Below, piece after piece: positions 17,933 through 27,717 of a stretch of DNA of 64,000 nt (positions within the stretch are counted from its first letter, which is position 1; each line of letters opens with the position of its first letter). Where the stretch lies: sequence record MK308675.1; one strand, 5' to 3'. A program made the translations under genes and the position numbers. The notes beneath the pieces were generated by a model. The model did not search any database and was not told the origin of the DNA. It saw only the letters and a program-made list of their open reading frames with translations.

Positions 17933-19927
17933 ATGGCATTTCTAACTGCCCCTAATGAAGTAAAAGACTCGGCTTGGATAAGCCAAGCATTCTTTGTGCC
18001 GAGAGGATTGGGCGGTGCAGGGCAACAACTTACTCGCCCGTTCGTTACAGCTGACATGAAGTATTACGATACGACACCAGGCGGTAATAAGGCGATAAAC
18101 CCTAAGTCCCAGTTTACTCGATATGCTGACCCTAAAGCACCTTCTCTTGCTGTGAATTCAGATGGGATGGGTCGCTACTATTCCAAGGCTTATGACGATA
18201 CGGCTACTCGAATCGCTTTACGCTTTGGTGGTCCTCGTAATAACGCTCTAAGCACCTTCTTGGCTAATGCCTACGATAAGGGCTTAGCTGACTTAGTGAA
18301 TAAAGGGAAAGTATCTACGGGTATCTTCTCTGCATACACAATCGGTAAAGCACTGGGTACAATCTACACGATGCCTTTACAGGTTTACTTCGGTATCTCT
18401 TATTTGTACCGTCGAGTGAATACGGCAATCACTGGAAGACCATATAGTAAGTTCTACTACATGGAACCTCAGATGCCTCTGTACTGGTCAACGGTAAATA
18501 CCATCGCTAACCAAATCGCAGCGAACATGGGCATCATCCATTCTTACGAAACGGGTGACCTACAAGACGCTGAGAATGGAGCAACGCCTGAGCAAGGTCT
18601 AACGACCGCGCAGGTACGTTCGCTTAACTCGATAATCCCTAGGGTTCTCTCTAACGGAGACGGCTCTAACCACATCGACGTTAAAGCTATCTCCTCGCGC
18701 GCTCAGAGGCTCCAGAACGAGTATTACGACGTAATTGATGCAATCTCTAAGGATACGTCTTTGGACGCTGACGGTTTCACTGAGGCCGTTCAAGCAGCAT
18801 TGAGAACTAAGTCATTAAGTTCCAATGCAAGAGTTGCGGATGACCTAGAAGGTTACATGAAAGCCTACAGCTCTTCTCCTATGGGTAAGTCTTCAGAAGC
18901 AACGACTGTTGTCCCTGTTGAAGATGGCGAAACGAAAGAGGCTACGGAAATAGCTCTCTATAGTGAGGCCATTCGTCCTAAGAAAGAAGAAGCGAGTTTC
19001 ATGGACTTGCTGCAAGCGGAGTTACGTGAAGGTTCTGCATTCATTAACTATGAGGTTACTTACAACGGACCAGTTAGCGAATCGTTCAGTAGTTCTACCC
19101 AGAAAACTGGATTGGAAGAAACAACGAACTCAACTGCGCAGAACATGCGTAATGCTTTCATTAACTTCGGCAATGGTAACGTAGGCGACAACTTCGCAGC
19201 AGATGCGTTGGAAGCAGCTATCGGTGGAGTTAAGAACCTTATTGCAGGTGCGGCAACATCGTTTGGATTTGGTGGTCTCGCTTTACTAGGCGGTTCAGCT
19301 TACATCGACATGCCGGAAGTATGGCAGAACAGTATCGCTGAAATGCCAACGGAGTCTTACACCATCAAGTTGCGCACACCTTACGGAAATAAGATGTCGG
19401 TGTTCCTTAAACTAATGTTACCTCTTTGCGGTATCTTAGCTGGTGCACTTCCTCGTTCCGCAGGTAAAGCAGCTTACGGTTCTCCTTTCCTTTGCAGTCT
19501 ACATTCGCAAGGTAGGGCTAAAGTCTCATTGGGTCTTATTGACAGCGTACAGATTCAGCGTGGTACTTCCAACATTGGGTTTAACAGTGCGAAGCTACCT
19601 ACTGCAATCGACATCACCATCAACATCAAGAACCTTGACCAAATTATGCACGTTCCGATTAGTGATAGTTTTACGTCACGGCTATTGTCTTTCTCACACT
19701 TTGATGAAGATACAGCCTTGACGGATTACTTGACAACAATCAGCGGGGTTGACCTATATAGTCAGTTCTACGCAGCCCCTCGTTTGAAACTAGCATGGTC
19801 TAAGACGGCAGCCGACTGGAACTCGTTTACTTCCCCGAGTTACTTCGCTCAGTACGCCGCACACAGTGCGCCCGGACAATTGGTGTCAGCCATACTGGCC
19901 GCCTCACCAAACTTGGAAGGCATATAG
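17933..19927 (+). CDS. tail/baseplate structural protein, phiKZ gp182-like
   Basis: 664 aa directly after the gp181-like gene; IKLRTPYGN, GSPFL..GRA, IQRG motifs. Confidence 0.65.
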   Translation: MAFLTAPNEVKDSAWISQAFFVPRGLGGAGQQLTRPFVTADMKYYDTTPGGNKAINPKSQFTRYADPKAPSLAVNSDGMGRYYSKAYDDTATRIALRFGGPRNNALSTFLANAYDKGLADLVNKGKVSTGIFSAYTIGKALGTIYTMPLQVYFGISYLYRRVNTAITGRPYSKFYYMEPQMPLYWSTVNTIANQIAANMGIIHSYETGDLQDAENGATPEQGLTTAQVRSLNSIIPRVLSNGDGSNHIDVKAISSRAQRLQNEYYDVIDAISKDTSLDADGFTEAVQAALRTKSLSSNARVADDLEGYMKAYSSSPMGKSSEATTVVPVEDGETKEATEIALYSEAIRPKKEEASFMDLLQAELREGSAFINYEVTYNGPVSESFSSSTQKTGLEETTNSTAQNMRNAFINFGNGNVGDNFAADALEAAIGGVKNLIAGAATSFGFGGLALLGGSAYIDMPEVWQNSIAEMPTESYTIKLRTPYGNKMSVFLKLMLPLCGILAGALPRSAGKAAYGSPFLCSLHSQGRAKVSLGLIDSVQIQRGTSNIGFNSAKLPTAIDITINIKNLDQIMHVPISDSFTSRLLSFSHFDEDTALTDYLTTISGVDLYSQFYAAPRLKLAWSKTAADWNSFTSPSYFAQYAAHSAPGQLVSAILAASPNLEGI

Positions 19928-19932
19928 ATATA

Positions 19933-19961
19933 GCTCTCTTCTCCTTTTGGGAGAAGAGAGC
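19933..19961. terminator. bidirectional terminator between convergent genes
   Basis: GCTCTCTTCTCC-TTTT-GGGAGAAGAGAGC. Confidence 0.75.
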
Positions 19962-19969
19962 ATAATCTT

Positions 19970-21043
19970 TTATAGCTGTAGGAACGCGTTCCTGTAAATG
20001 AAACGCTGAGCCAATGATGTTTCACTGACAGGTACTGCTGCAAAGGTACGGAAAGACAAAGCCATGTTTCTGGTTCTGTCATGTGCGGAAAGAATCGTAA
20101 CCGTATGTTCGGACGCATAGCGCATGAACTTCATAGAAGGCGTAGACACGCCGTTGCGGTCTATCTTATCCCAGTTAGCATCTAAAGCATCTAGTCTCGC
20201 TATAAGCTTTTCCGCCTCAGCGTGGTAGATGGATGGTGACGCTCCAACTGGAAGACGATAACCGTAGAGTAAACCCTTCACGGTATCCTTTCTTATCTTA
20301 GGACTTATGTTCGTCGGACCTTTAGATATTAAGTCGTCAATGTAGTCCCAAAGACCGGATTCAGCAAACGATGGTAGCAAGTCACCAAACAGAGTTTTCT
20401 TCTCTTCGGCACTCAGTGTGCTGTCGTCGTTAATCCAATCAATGATTTCTTGACCTAGGCCAGTTCTCGCTAACTTATCAGCGATAGAGAAACGGTTAGC
20501 TAACTGTAGGACCTTGTCCATAGTTACTGTATCGCGAGGTAAAACTCCGGCGGCCTTTCCCCATAGAGACTGGATGTTCTTAAAGTCCCAATTGCTGCCG
20601 AGTCTGTATTGGTCACGATACTTCTTAATGTTCGTAAGGAACGACTTATAGTCAATGTTGTCTAGACCAGAGAACAGATTAAAGTCGACCGACCCTTTAA
20701 ACTTCTCTGCCCACTCCGCTAAGAATGGAACGTCAAAGTCCCCGAGCAGACTGTTTAGGTCTACGCCCGAAGGGAGGTTACGTTTTATCCCATCCAGGGC
20801 GTTGTTTAAAGTGAGACCAGACTCAGCTAAGTATTCTTGCGTAAGTGGGTCGTTGATGATGTCTAAAAGCTTATCGGCTTTTAAATCTGGATATTGTTCT
20901 GACAGGATTTGTAACCCGGCGTCAGAGGTAGGGTTCTGGATAAACTTATCTAGCTCCCCTTGCTTATAGGCGTCTATTACTTCGAGCCCCTGCGTTGGCT
21001 TCGTGCCAAAGCTAGTTCTACTAAGAATGGATTTGGCAGACAT
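19970..21043 (-). CDS. hypothetical protein, possibly virion structural
   Basis: 357-aa ORF with AAGGAG SD; no recognised motif. Confidence 0.6.
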   Translation of the reverse strand: MSAKSILSRTSFGTKPTQGLEVIDAYKQGELDKFIQNPTSDAGLQILSEQYPDLKADKLLDIINDPLTQEYLAESGLTLNNALDGIKRNLPSGVDLNSLLGDFDVPFLAEWAEKFKGSVDFNLFSGLDNIDYKSFLTNIKKYRDQYRLGSNWDFKNIQSLWGKAAGVLPRDTVTMDKVLQLANRFSIADKLARTGLGQEIIDWINDDSTLSAEEKKTLFGDLLPSFAESGLWDYIDDLISKGPTNISPKIRKDTVKGLLYGYRLPVGASPSIYHAEAEKLIARLDALDANWDKIDRNGVSTPSMKFMRYASEHTVTILSAHDRTRNMALSFRTFAAVPVSETSLAQRFIYRNAFLQL

Positions 21044-21089
21044 TGTAATCTCCTTTTGTACTACTAGATTTTACGAAAAAAAAATAAGT

Positions 21090-21111
21090 TAGTCTCCCCG
21101 AAGGGAGACTA
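21090..21111 (-). terminator. intrinsic terminator hairpin
   Basis: TAGTCTCCC-TTCG-GGGAGACTA followed by a T-run on the minus strand. Confidence 0.75.
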
Positions 21112-21115
21112 GCGA

Positions 21116-21424
21116 CTAGTAGGTAAGCTTATAGACGACTACTTCGCCTTGCTTAGCTCTGCGATTGAACCAAAGCTCGTTACCTATTTTAGTGATGGTA
21201 TTAAAGACATGCTTCTCTGTAACAGACTTCATCTCTTTGTCCCATGCTTTAATAAGCAGCGTGCTTCCGTTGTACTCGATTGAGTAAATGCCGGGGTCCC
21301 CTGTGCCAGTAAAGTAAAGGTCGCGTAAAAGCCCCTTCCCTTTAACCGGTAACATAAAGGCATCCTTTCTCGGCATGTTAACGCCGTACTTCTCTAAGGT
21401 TCTTACTAGGTCTGATGCCATCAT
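21116..21424 (-). CDS. hypothetical protein
   Basis: 102-aa ORF with GGAG SD. Confidence 0.6.
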   Translation of the reverse strand: MMASDLVRTLEKYGVNMPRKDAFMLPVKGKGLLRDLYFTGTGDPGIYSIEYNGSTLLIKAWDKEMKSVTEKHVFNTITKIGNELWFNRRAKQGEVVVYKLTY

Positions 21425-21436
21425 AATTGGGTACTC

Positions 21437-21916
21437 CTATAAAGCCAAACAAATAAGCGCAGTCTTTGTATGCGCCAAGTGATTAGGCAGCGAATCCACG
21501 CGATAGCTCTTGCGGTCACTCCACGGGAAAATTTCTTTACAGTTTAGACACATACAGTCTCGGTGTGAGACGCAGCACCATTCGGTTTCAGAAAGACCAA
21601 CGGTATGAACGCCATTGAAACGAACGACAAGTCCATGGTCGCATTTCGGACATGCTGTAAAGCGAGTGCTCTTAGTCTTCATATTCTGAAGCTTAGAGAG
21701 TTCTAAAGTAGGATAACGCGCAAGAATACTTTTCACATCCAGCCCCATCCCGTGGAACGTCTCTATCGCCCATGCTTGAGCGTCTACTCGGATTTTCCCC
21801 AAGGTCTTCATGTACTGGATTGCCTCGAAGCGGCGTACGCCGTTAGCCATCGCGGAGAAAGCATGCATTCGCTTCCATAGTTCTACGCGAACATCTTCCG
21901 GTATTCTGTTTTCCAT
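21437..21916 (-). CDS. hypothetical protein with zinc-ribbon-like CxxC...CxCxxC motif
   Basis: CPKCDH and CMCLNC; start ATG 21916 after GGAG. Confidence 0.6.
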   Translation of the reverse strand: MENRIPEDVRVELWKRMHAFSAMANGVRRFEAIQYMKTLGKIRVDAQAWAIETFHGMGLDVKSILARYPTLELSKLQNMKTKSTRFTACPKCDHGLVVRFNGVHTVGLSETEWCCVSHRDCMCLNCKEIFPWSDRKSYRVDSLPNHLAHTKTALICLAL

Positions 21917-21973
21917 TTTCTTCTCCAAAATTAAGTATAAAGAAAAGGAGAGTTCCGAAGAACCCTCCTCCCT

Positions 21974-22639
21974 TTAACGCAGATTTAGATAGACAAGTTC
22001 GTACGGTCGGCCCTTCGGCTTCAGTGCGACTTCCATCTTAATGTTGTCAAAAGCGCAAACCATAAGACCACGATAAAACATATTCCACATCATGCTATCT
22101 CTTACCAGAGCTCGCTTGAGGTTGGATTTGAGCCATTCGGGAACCTTACCAGTCTCCTCTTTGAACTTACGCTCATATGCCTTCTGTAGCTTAGGCCAGT
22201 CTTCCCCTATCTTCTCTGGGTACTCTTTGTGAATAAGGTCCCAAAGTACGCGCAAGATTTCACCTGGGTTCTGTTCATGAATAATCGGAATGTTGATTGA
22301 GACTCGCTTAGTCTCCCCGTTTTCAGTAAGCTCCATAGAGAAGCGAACATCTTCGAAGTTAAACACGCTGAGTCCCTGACAAAAACGTTCCCAGGTCATC
22401 TTATCCTTAGCCAGGTCTTTAGGGATGTTTCCCTTAAGGTTTGTCGCTTTAGATTTCCCTATCGCCATGTTCAAGTCATAGATATAGTTCTGAAATAAAG
22501 CTTCCCAGATAGGAGCACGTACGTCAAGGTTATAGAGTGACAAACGCCAGAGTCTAGAAAGTACACAATTCACATTGCTGATAAGAGAGACGTCATTCTC
22601 CATCAGCTTGTATATTTCCTTCTTCTTATCTTCTGCCAT
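21974..22639 (-). CDS. conserved phiKZ-like hypothetical protein with internal duplication
   Basis: Start moved to ATG 22639 (GAGG SD); two copies of L..LW.L...NL.K.L....MxW..F..GL. Confidence 0.65.
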   Translation of the reverse strand: MAEDKKKEIYKLMENDVSLISNVNCVLSRLWRLSLYNLDVRAPIWEALFQNYIYDLNMAIGKSKATNLKGNIPKDLAKDKMTWERFCQGLSVFNFEDVRFSMELTENGETKRVSINIPIIHEQNPGEILRVLWDLIHKEYPEKIGEDWPKLQKAYERKFKEETGKVPEWLKSNLKRALVRDSMMWNMFYRGLMVCAFDNIKMEVALKPKGRPYELVYLNLR

Positions 22640-22646
22640 TTTTACC

Positions 22647-23138
22647 TCACGGTTGAGAAATGCATCGTAACCACATAAGTGTATCGTGGGCGATGCGGTA
22701 ATAACAGCCATTAACCCGGCTGTTGTGGGGACCGGTTTCTTCTAACGTCTTAGACAGTTTTACGATAGCTCGCAAAAGTCGTTCAGTTAGAACTTCGGCA
22801 TTGGTTCCTTCTTCATCAGTTCCCCACGGACCAACACTTCTAGCAGTAGCTACTGTGCCTTCAGGTTGGTAGGGTCCCTGTTCGACAGTGCGGTTACTAA
22901 CATGTTCCGCTTCGCGCACTAGGTGCCCGAGTTTATCGAAAAAGAAAACCTGTTCGTTTTCGCGCAGAGCCAAGAGATTAATCTCTATGTCTCTGAACCA
23001 TTTGTGCTGCTTAGAGATTGCCTCCAAAGCTTCCAATGAAGGAAAGTCAATCCTACCATGTTCATAGTAAGACTTCATTTCCCAGAGTGAAATCTTTCGC
23101 TGTAATCCCGCAAGCCGCTTTTTAACTAGCTTTAACAT
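22647..23138 (-). CDS. hypothetical protein
   Basis: 163-aa ORF filling the gap in a co-oriented run. Confidence 0.55.
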   Translation of the reverse strand: MLKLVKKRLAGLQRKISLWEMKSYYEHGRIDFPSLEALEAISKQHKWFRDIEINLLALRENEQVFFFDKLGHLVREAEHVSNRTVEQGPYQPEGTVATARSVGPWGTDEEGTNAEVLTERLLRAIVKLSKTLEETGPHNSRVNGCYYRIAHDTLMWLRCISQP

Positions 23139-23235
23139 AGGCCTATGTCTCTAATTAAGTAGTGGACGTAAGCATTTATAGAATGCTACATAATAGTAAT
23201 ATAGGTTTTATTTTTACTTGATTGAGGAACCTACC

Positions 23236-23688
23236 ATGGCAGAAATTAGCCCCGAGCAAGCTGAAGAGCTTGCAAACCAAGCCGCAGCCGACACTCAGAA
23301 TTCTTACCAGCTTTTAGACTGGTTAGAGGAAGACCCTGCGAAACGAATCGCTCGAGTGCAGCAGGTCCGTATGCACTTATTGCAGACCAACGGCTACATC
23401 GACAAAGAACAAGCGAAGATGTTGAAAGATATCACATCTACCGACTTAGGCCTAATGCGTCTGGATGTAGACAAAGACAATGCCAATGGTTTGGCGGCAC
23501 TTTCTACAGCCGTGGCAGAAATGTTCATGCAGCGTACAGAAGCTCCTTTCCGTACAATTGATGGTCCAGCAACAGCTGACGCCGCTCCTCAGTTGGAAGC
23601 CGAAGAGTTAGGCGATAAGGAAGTTCCAAATTGGGCCCTTAGCCAAGAACTCGCCGATATCCAATACGAAGAAATCATAACGAAATAA
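23236..23688 (+). CDS. hypothetical acidic protein
   Basis: ATG 23236 with GAGG SD, followed by a terminator. Confidence 0.65.
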   Translation: MAEISPEQAEELANQAAADTQNSYQLLDWLEEDPAKRIARVQQVRMHLLQTNGYIDKEQAKMLKDITSTDLGLMRLDVDKDNANGLAALSTAVAEMFMQRTEAPFRTIDGPATADAAPQLEAEELGDKEVPNWALSQELADIQYEEIITK

Positions 23689-23694
23689 TAAAAG

Positions 23695-23724
23695 ACCTCT
23701 GTCTCCCGCAAAGGAGACAGAGGT
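23695..23724. terminator. bidirectional terminator
   Basis: ACCTCTGTCTCC-CGCAAA-GGAGACAGAGGT between convergent genes. Confidence 0.8.
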
Positions 23725-23735
23725 AATACATCACC

Positions 23736-24419
23736 CTAGGCTGGGATGATAAACGAGAAGTCATCCAGGGGCACTGGAGTGACATCTATTGCAACGCGCA
23801 ATGTCCGTTTAACCTCTTCTACGACCTCAGCAGGCGGTAGGCCCATATCCTTATGTTGGATGTAGGGGTGGATAGTTTCCACTCGAGGTATAGGACACTT
23901 CGCGAGTGCCTGGTTATGAACATTCAACCAGCTGTCGAAGTCGTAAGTAATGAACAACTCAAACTCGCTTAGTAATGAAGGCGTTATGAGTCCCAAGTCT
24001 AACGAGACGAAATCCACAGCATGGAACTCGGTCGCATAGAGCAATGTTTCTCTTAACTGCTTTCTATGTTCATCGGGTAACTTGTACGGATACAGGTTAA
24101 CCACAAGGGTTGTCACAGACTCATTAACTTTGCTAACGTTCTGTGCGTAAGTGGCGCGGGCAAACATCTTTAGTCGGCTCACAATTGAAGTCATTGCAGA
24201 CTTTGTGATATGTCCGTATGTTCTGCCCGCATATGTGTCTTCGAAGTCCTTTTGAGGAAACCCCGGAATGAGTCTGTCAAACTTATCGTCCAGACGCTTG
24301 AAGTAACGTTCGTCCTTTGCTAACACTTCGGCATGCTGTGGCCACAGGCCAGCGATAATACCGATGCGTGTGTCCAATAAGCTATCCAAGTCAACGAAGG
24401 CTTTAACGTTTTCTATCAT
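23736..24419 (-). CDS. conserved hypothetical protein with N-terminal DxD (HAD-like) motif
   Basis: FVDLDSLLDTR at the N-terminus. Confidence 0.55.
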   Translation of the reverse strand: MIENVKAFVDLDSLLDTRIGIIAGLWPQHAEVLAKDERYFKRLDDKFDRLIPGFPQKDFEDTYAGRTYGHITKSAMTSIVSRLKMFARATYAQNVSKVNESVTTLVVNLYPYKLPDEHRKQLRETLLYATEFHAVDFVSLDLGLITPSLLSEFELFITYDFDSWLNVHNQALAKCPIPRVETIHPYIQHKDMGLPPAEVVEEVKRTLRVAIDVTPVPLDDFSFIIPA

Positions 24420-24850
24420 TGGTCAAGGTCCATGAGTTCGAGCATTCGACAGAAGATAAGCTCTGGAAATTTAGAGAGCTCTTCTCGCAGTGCTTTCTGT
24501 TCTTCTTCCTTTAGACGGAAAGAACATGAAACTCCGTCTAAGAAACGTGCCAGTTCATCAGGTGACTGGATGCCGCGCGTAACGGCTTTGTCCATGTACT
24601 GACGCATCGTAGTATGAATGCCATAACTGCGAAGCTTCTCCAATAGTTCTGTTTTACGAGAACTAGAAGGGTCAGGGCCACAGATGTCATACTTAACTTT
24701 AGAGATTTCGATAACAAGCTCTAAGGTAGAAGTGTCTTCGATGAAAGGCTGTGAAAGGAAGTGCAGGACTTCCTTATTGAAAGCCGGAAGCATGTCCAGA
24801 TATTCTCTGCGCGGTCCCGGCATTTCGATTTTCTTATCTTTGTTAAACAT
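24416..24850 (-). CDS. hypothetical protein
   Basis: 144-aa ORF, 4-nt overlap with next gene. Confidence 0.6.
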   Translation of the reverse strand: MFNKDKKIEMPGPRREYLDMLPAFNKEVLHFLSQPFIEDTSTLELVIEISKVKYDICGPDPSSSRKTELLEKLRSYGIHTTMRQYMDKAVTRGIQSPDELARFLDGVSCSFRLKEEEQKALREELSKFPELIFCRMLELMDLDQ

Positions 24851-24858
24851 AGTTTATC

Positions 24859-25524
24859 CTACAAGGTTGAGGACAGACCCATGCCTCGCAATAGCTTGTT
24901 AGTCGTACTGATAATCTTCGGACGACTATTAGCGTCGATGATTGGGCCTAGAGAGAAACCGCCGGTATCTCGAATCTGTTCCATCATAGAACGATAAGCT
25001 TCTTTATCACCGCCACGGACTTTAATCAGCTCAATGATGCCTTGGGCATTGCCCTTAGCATTAAGTGCTGTTAGTTCCGGTAGCGACATAGACGCTGATT
25101 TAGAGTCACCAGTAACCTGACCTGAAAGTTGGTCAACCACTTTGTTAGACGATGCGGTACTGCGCTTCTTAACCAAGTGTTGAATCTGTCGACGTACCTG
25201 CAATTCCAAGATAAGATAACGGACAGGAGATAAGCTTGTCTCACGTGTAACTGAGTCAGTCATTTCGATACGCTGGAACCAGCTAATACCTAATTTTTCA
25301 CCGACCTTCATTACATGTTCGTAATCCATGCCTTCACCTTCCATATTGAAAGAGCGAATAGCGAGTACGTCTTTCTCGTCACGAATGAGCTGCATCATTG
25401 CATCGAACTCTTCGTCCGTTAAGCGAGCAAAGAGTTCTTTATACAGTTCTTTGTTACGAACTGGGGCTTTAACTTCATCTAGAAATTTAAGCCATTCAGT
25501 TTCTACCTTTTTACGGTTAGCCAT
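24859..25524 (-). CDS. virion RNA polymerase beta C-terminal fragment, phiKZ gp149-like
   Basis: LILELQVRRQIQHLVKKRST..VVDQLSGQVTGDSKSASMSLPELTALNAKG aligns by eye with RpoB [48 protein letters not shown]. Confidence 0.8.
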   Translation of the reverse strand: MANRKKVETEWLKFLDEVKAPVRNKELYKELFARLTDEEFDAMMQLIRDEKDVLAIRSFNMEGEGMDYEHVMKVGEKLGISWFQRIEMTDSVTRETSLSPVRYLILELQVRRQIQHLVKKRSTASSNKVVDQLSGQVTGDSKSASMSLPELTALNAKGNAQGIIELIKVRGGDKEAYRSMMEQIRDTGGFSLGPIIDANSRPKIISTTNKLLRGMGLSSTL

Positions 25525-25533
25525 GTCGACTCC

Positions 25534-25800
25534 TTAGAAAGTTTTCAGTGAAGGGAGCCAAACATTATTGAATTGGTGTTTGAAATGCTTATCGTCAGTA
25601 ATGCCGATAAACGTAGGCTCCAGGGCAGCCTTCTCATTGGCAGTGAGAGAAGACTGGGTCACGGCGAGTCTGACGACTTCCGTTAGCCATAAAATTTGAC
25701 TATCTTTGGAAACCTTTACTTCTTCAAATAACTTCCACGTGGCCGACTGACCTATCGCGTCGGAAAGACCCCGCGCGACGTGGCCTTCTAACTTCTTCAT
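25534..25800 (-). CDS. hypothetical protein
   Basis: 88 aa, stop/start overlap with upstream gene. Confidence 0.55.
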   Translation of the reverse strand: MKKLEGHVARGLSDAIGQSATWKLFEEVKVSKDSQILWLTEVVRLAVTQSSLTANEKAALEPTFIGITDDKHFKHQFNNVWLPSLKTF

Positions 25801-26168
25801 TATTTGAGTTCTCCACAGTACTCAAAGTCAATGCCTCGTTCTTTACACATGGCCTCTATTATGTCGACTAATAGAAGCCTGTGACAGAACTTACCTGCCT
25901 TACACCAACAGCCTAAACAAAGCGTTTCAGAAGTCAACAAGTCTTCCCAGAAGTCTGGGTCTAATTCATAACTCTTCCTCATCATCTCGTTAAACACGGC
26001 CGCGTATCTCTCATCGGTCCAATAAGGGTCATTGTTTTTATGACCCATGACCATCTCCCATGAGGGAGCGAGTTGAGACCAGCCAGACTTTATTGATGTG
26101 TCAATGAAAGGAACGCCTATCTCTCTAGGCAGTTCCGGTTTCGTGACTTGGCAGGTATATAGTTGCAT
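25800..26168 (-). CDS. DUF488/YeaO-like protein
   Basis: LAPSWEMV and CLGCWCKAGKFCHRLLL motifs. Confidence 0.55.
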   Translation of the reverse strand: MQLYTCQVTKPELPREIGVPFIDTSIKSGWSQLAPSWEMVMGHKNNDPYWTDERYAAVFNEMMRKSYELDPDFWEDLLTSETLCLGCWCKAGKFCHRLLLVDIIEAMCKERGIDFEYCGELK

Positions 26169-27631
26169 TACTTACGGTCGCCAATTTTCCAGTGTTCTTC
26201 GATAAGAGTTTTCTTATCGTCTTTTAGGAAGTAAGGATGGTATTCACCTGCTGCAACGCGAAGTAAGTCTAGAGTAGACAGGAATGGCTTCTGGCCTTCT
26301 TCGTCTTCTAGGTACATCCAGTAACCGCGTGTATCAAGCAGTTGCTCAATGTCATAACCTTGCTTAGCGATGCGGTCAAATACTTCCGCCGGTTCAACGT
26401 GTAGGTTCTCGTCTACATTACGCCAAATCTTGCGCATCTGTAGCATTTCAGATGTGAACTCTAGAGCACGTTTAACTTTAGGGTTCTCTTCAATGATGCG
26501 GCGAATAGTCGTACGCTCCATTGTTACATCTGGGTAGAGGTCAAGGTGATAACGACGGTCATTGCCGCCAATGCCGAACTTCTTGTTCTCTTTCAAGTAC
26601 AAGTATTCAGTTAGACCAACTTTAATACCTTCAGTCTGAGAAACAACAATAGGGAAGTAGATACCAGACTGACCACCTTTGTTACGAGAGTTAACCGCAG
26701 TGATGAGGAAAAGGTCATTACCTTCTTCACGGTCAGCAGCGATTAGCGGGAACAGAGGAGCTTTGTCTGCTTGGTTCTTAAGCGGTTTAGTGTTAAGCAC
26801 TTCTACTAAGTGGTCGTTGATGTATTGGAACTTCTCAGGTACACCTTTCGCTTTCGCACCGTTCTTAGAGAACGTTAGTTCGATAGGCTTAGGAGCGTAC
26901 GGGTCCATTTCAATACGGTTACCGATGTGAGCAGTACAGCTGAAGTAAACATCACCTTGCACAGTAACGTTAGGCAGCTGGATAATCATTTGCGTTTTAG
27001 CAGCACCATCTTTCATGAACATGGTGTTGTTCTTCGCATCGCCGATTTCGTTCTTGTCAACAATCTTGTCGTCAACAGAAGCTACAGAGAACGCAGACAG
27101 AGAGTCACAGACAGCGTGAGTCGCAGCCATGCGCTGCATCATGTCGCCTTTAGAGTCACGAATAGGGAGAGTACGCATAATGCTTCTAGCATTCTTCTGC
27201 TTCTCTTTAGACATGTCTTTAACAAGGTCGAACCATTTCTCACCACCTAGGTCAGCTTTCTGCATGAACATAAGTAGTGGGTCTTCGCTGTATGCTTGCT
27301 GAGCAAAGTCCGTACCACGCAGATTAGGCATGTTCATTGCAATACGGTTAAAGCGAGTGTATTTCAGTGAGTTCTCTGTATCGTACACAACGGCACGGTG
27401 AGAAGGGTAGCGGTCTAGACACGTCATTGTCGGGAATAGAACCAAGTCCGTCTTAAACGAGTTACCTGGGCCTGTAAACGAGGTGACGAAAGACTGACCG
27501 CCCATGAGTACCATTTCACCACGAATACCTTTTACATAAGTGCCCTGAGGAATGTCAAAAAGGCAACCGATATTAAAGGCAGGGCGAATAGGTGGTGCAA
27601 TGAATTCTTGCCCTTTAAATAGGTTAAGCAT
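26168..27631 (-). CDS. uvsX: RecA/UvsX-like recombinase, phiKZ gp152-like
   Basis: RPAFNIGCLFDIP..G N-terminus, Walker A GPGNSFKT, Walker B VCDSLS. Confidence 0.85.
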   Translation of the reverse strand: MLNLFKGQEFIAPPIRPAFNIGCLFDIPQGTYVKGIRGEMVLMGGQSFVTSFTGPGNSFKTDLVLFPTMTCLDRYPSHRAVVYDTENSLKYTRFNRIAMNMPNLRGTDFAQQAYSEDPLLMFMQKADLGGEKWFDLVKDMSKEKQKNARSIMRTLPIRDSKGDMMQRMAATHAVCDSLSAFSVASVDDKIVDKNEIGDAKNNTMFMKDGAAKTQMIIQLPNVTVQGDVYFSCTAHIGNRIEMDPYAPKPIELTFSKNGAKAKGVPEKFQYINDHLVEVLNTKPLKNQADKAPLFPLIAADREEGNDLFLITAVNSRNKGGQSGIYFPIVVSQTEGIKVGLTEYLYLKENKKFGIGGNDRRYHLDLYPDVTMERTTIRRIIEENPKVKRALEFTSEMLQMRKIWRNVDENLHVEPAEVFDRIAKQGYDIEQLLDTRGYWMYLEDEEGQKPFLSTLDLLRVAAGEYHPYFLKDDKKTLIEEHWKIGDRK

Positions 27632-27717
27632 GAGGTGTCTCCGTTTGTCAAATATTGTAGGTAATACTTTCCTAGACCATTGGCCAGGTCTATTTCAAAT
27701 CACAAGAGTACTCTAAA

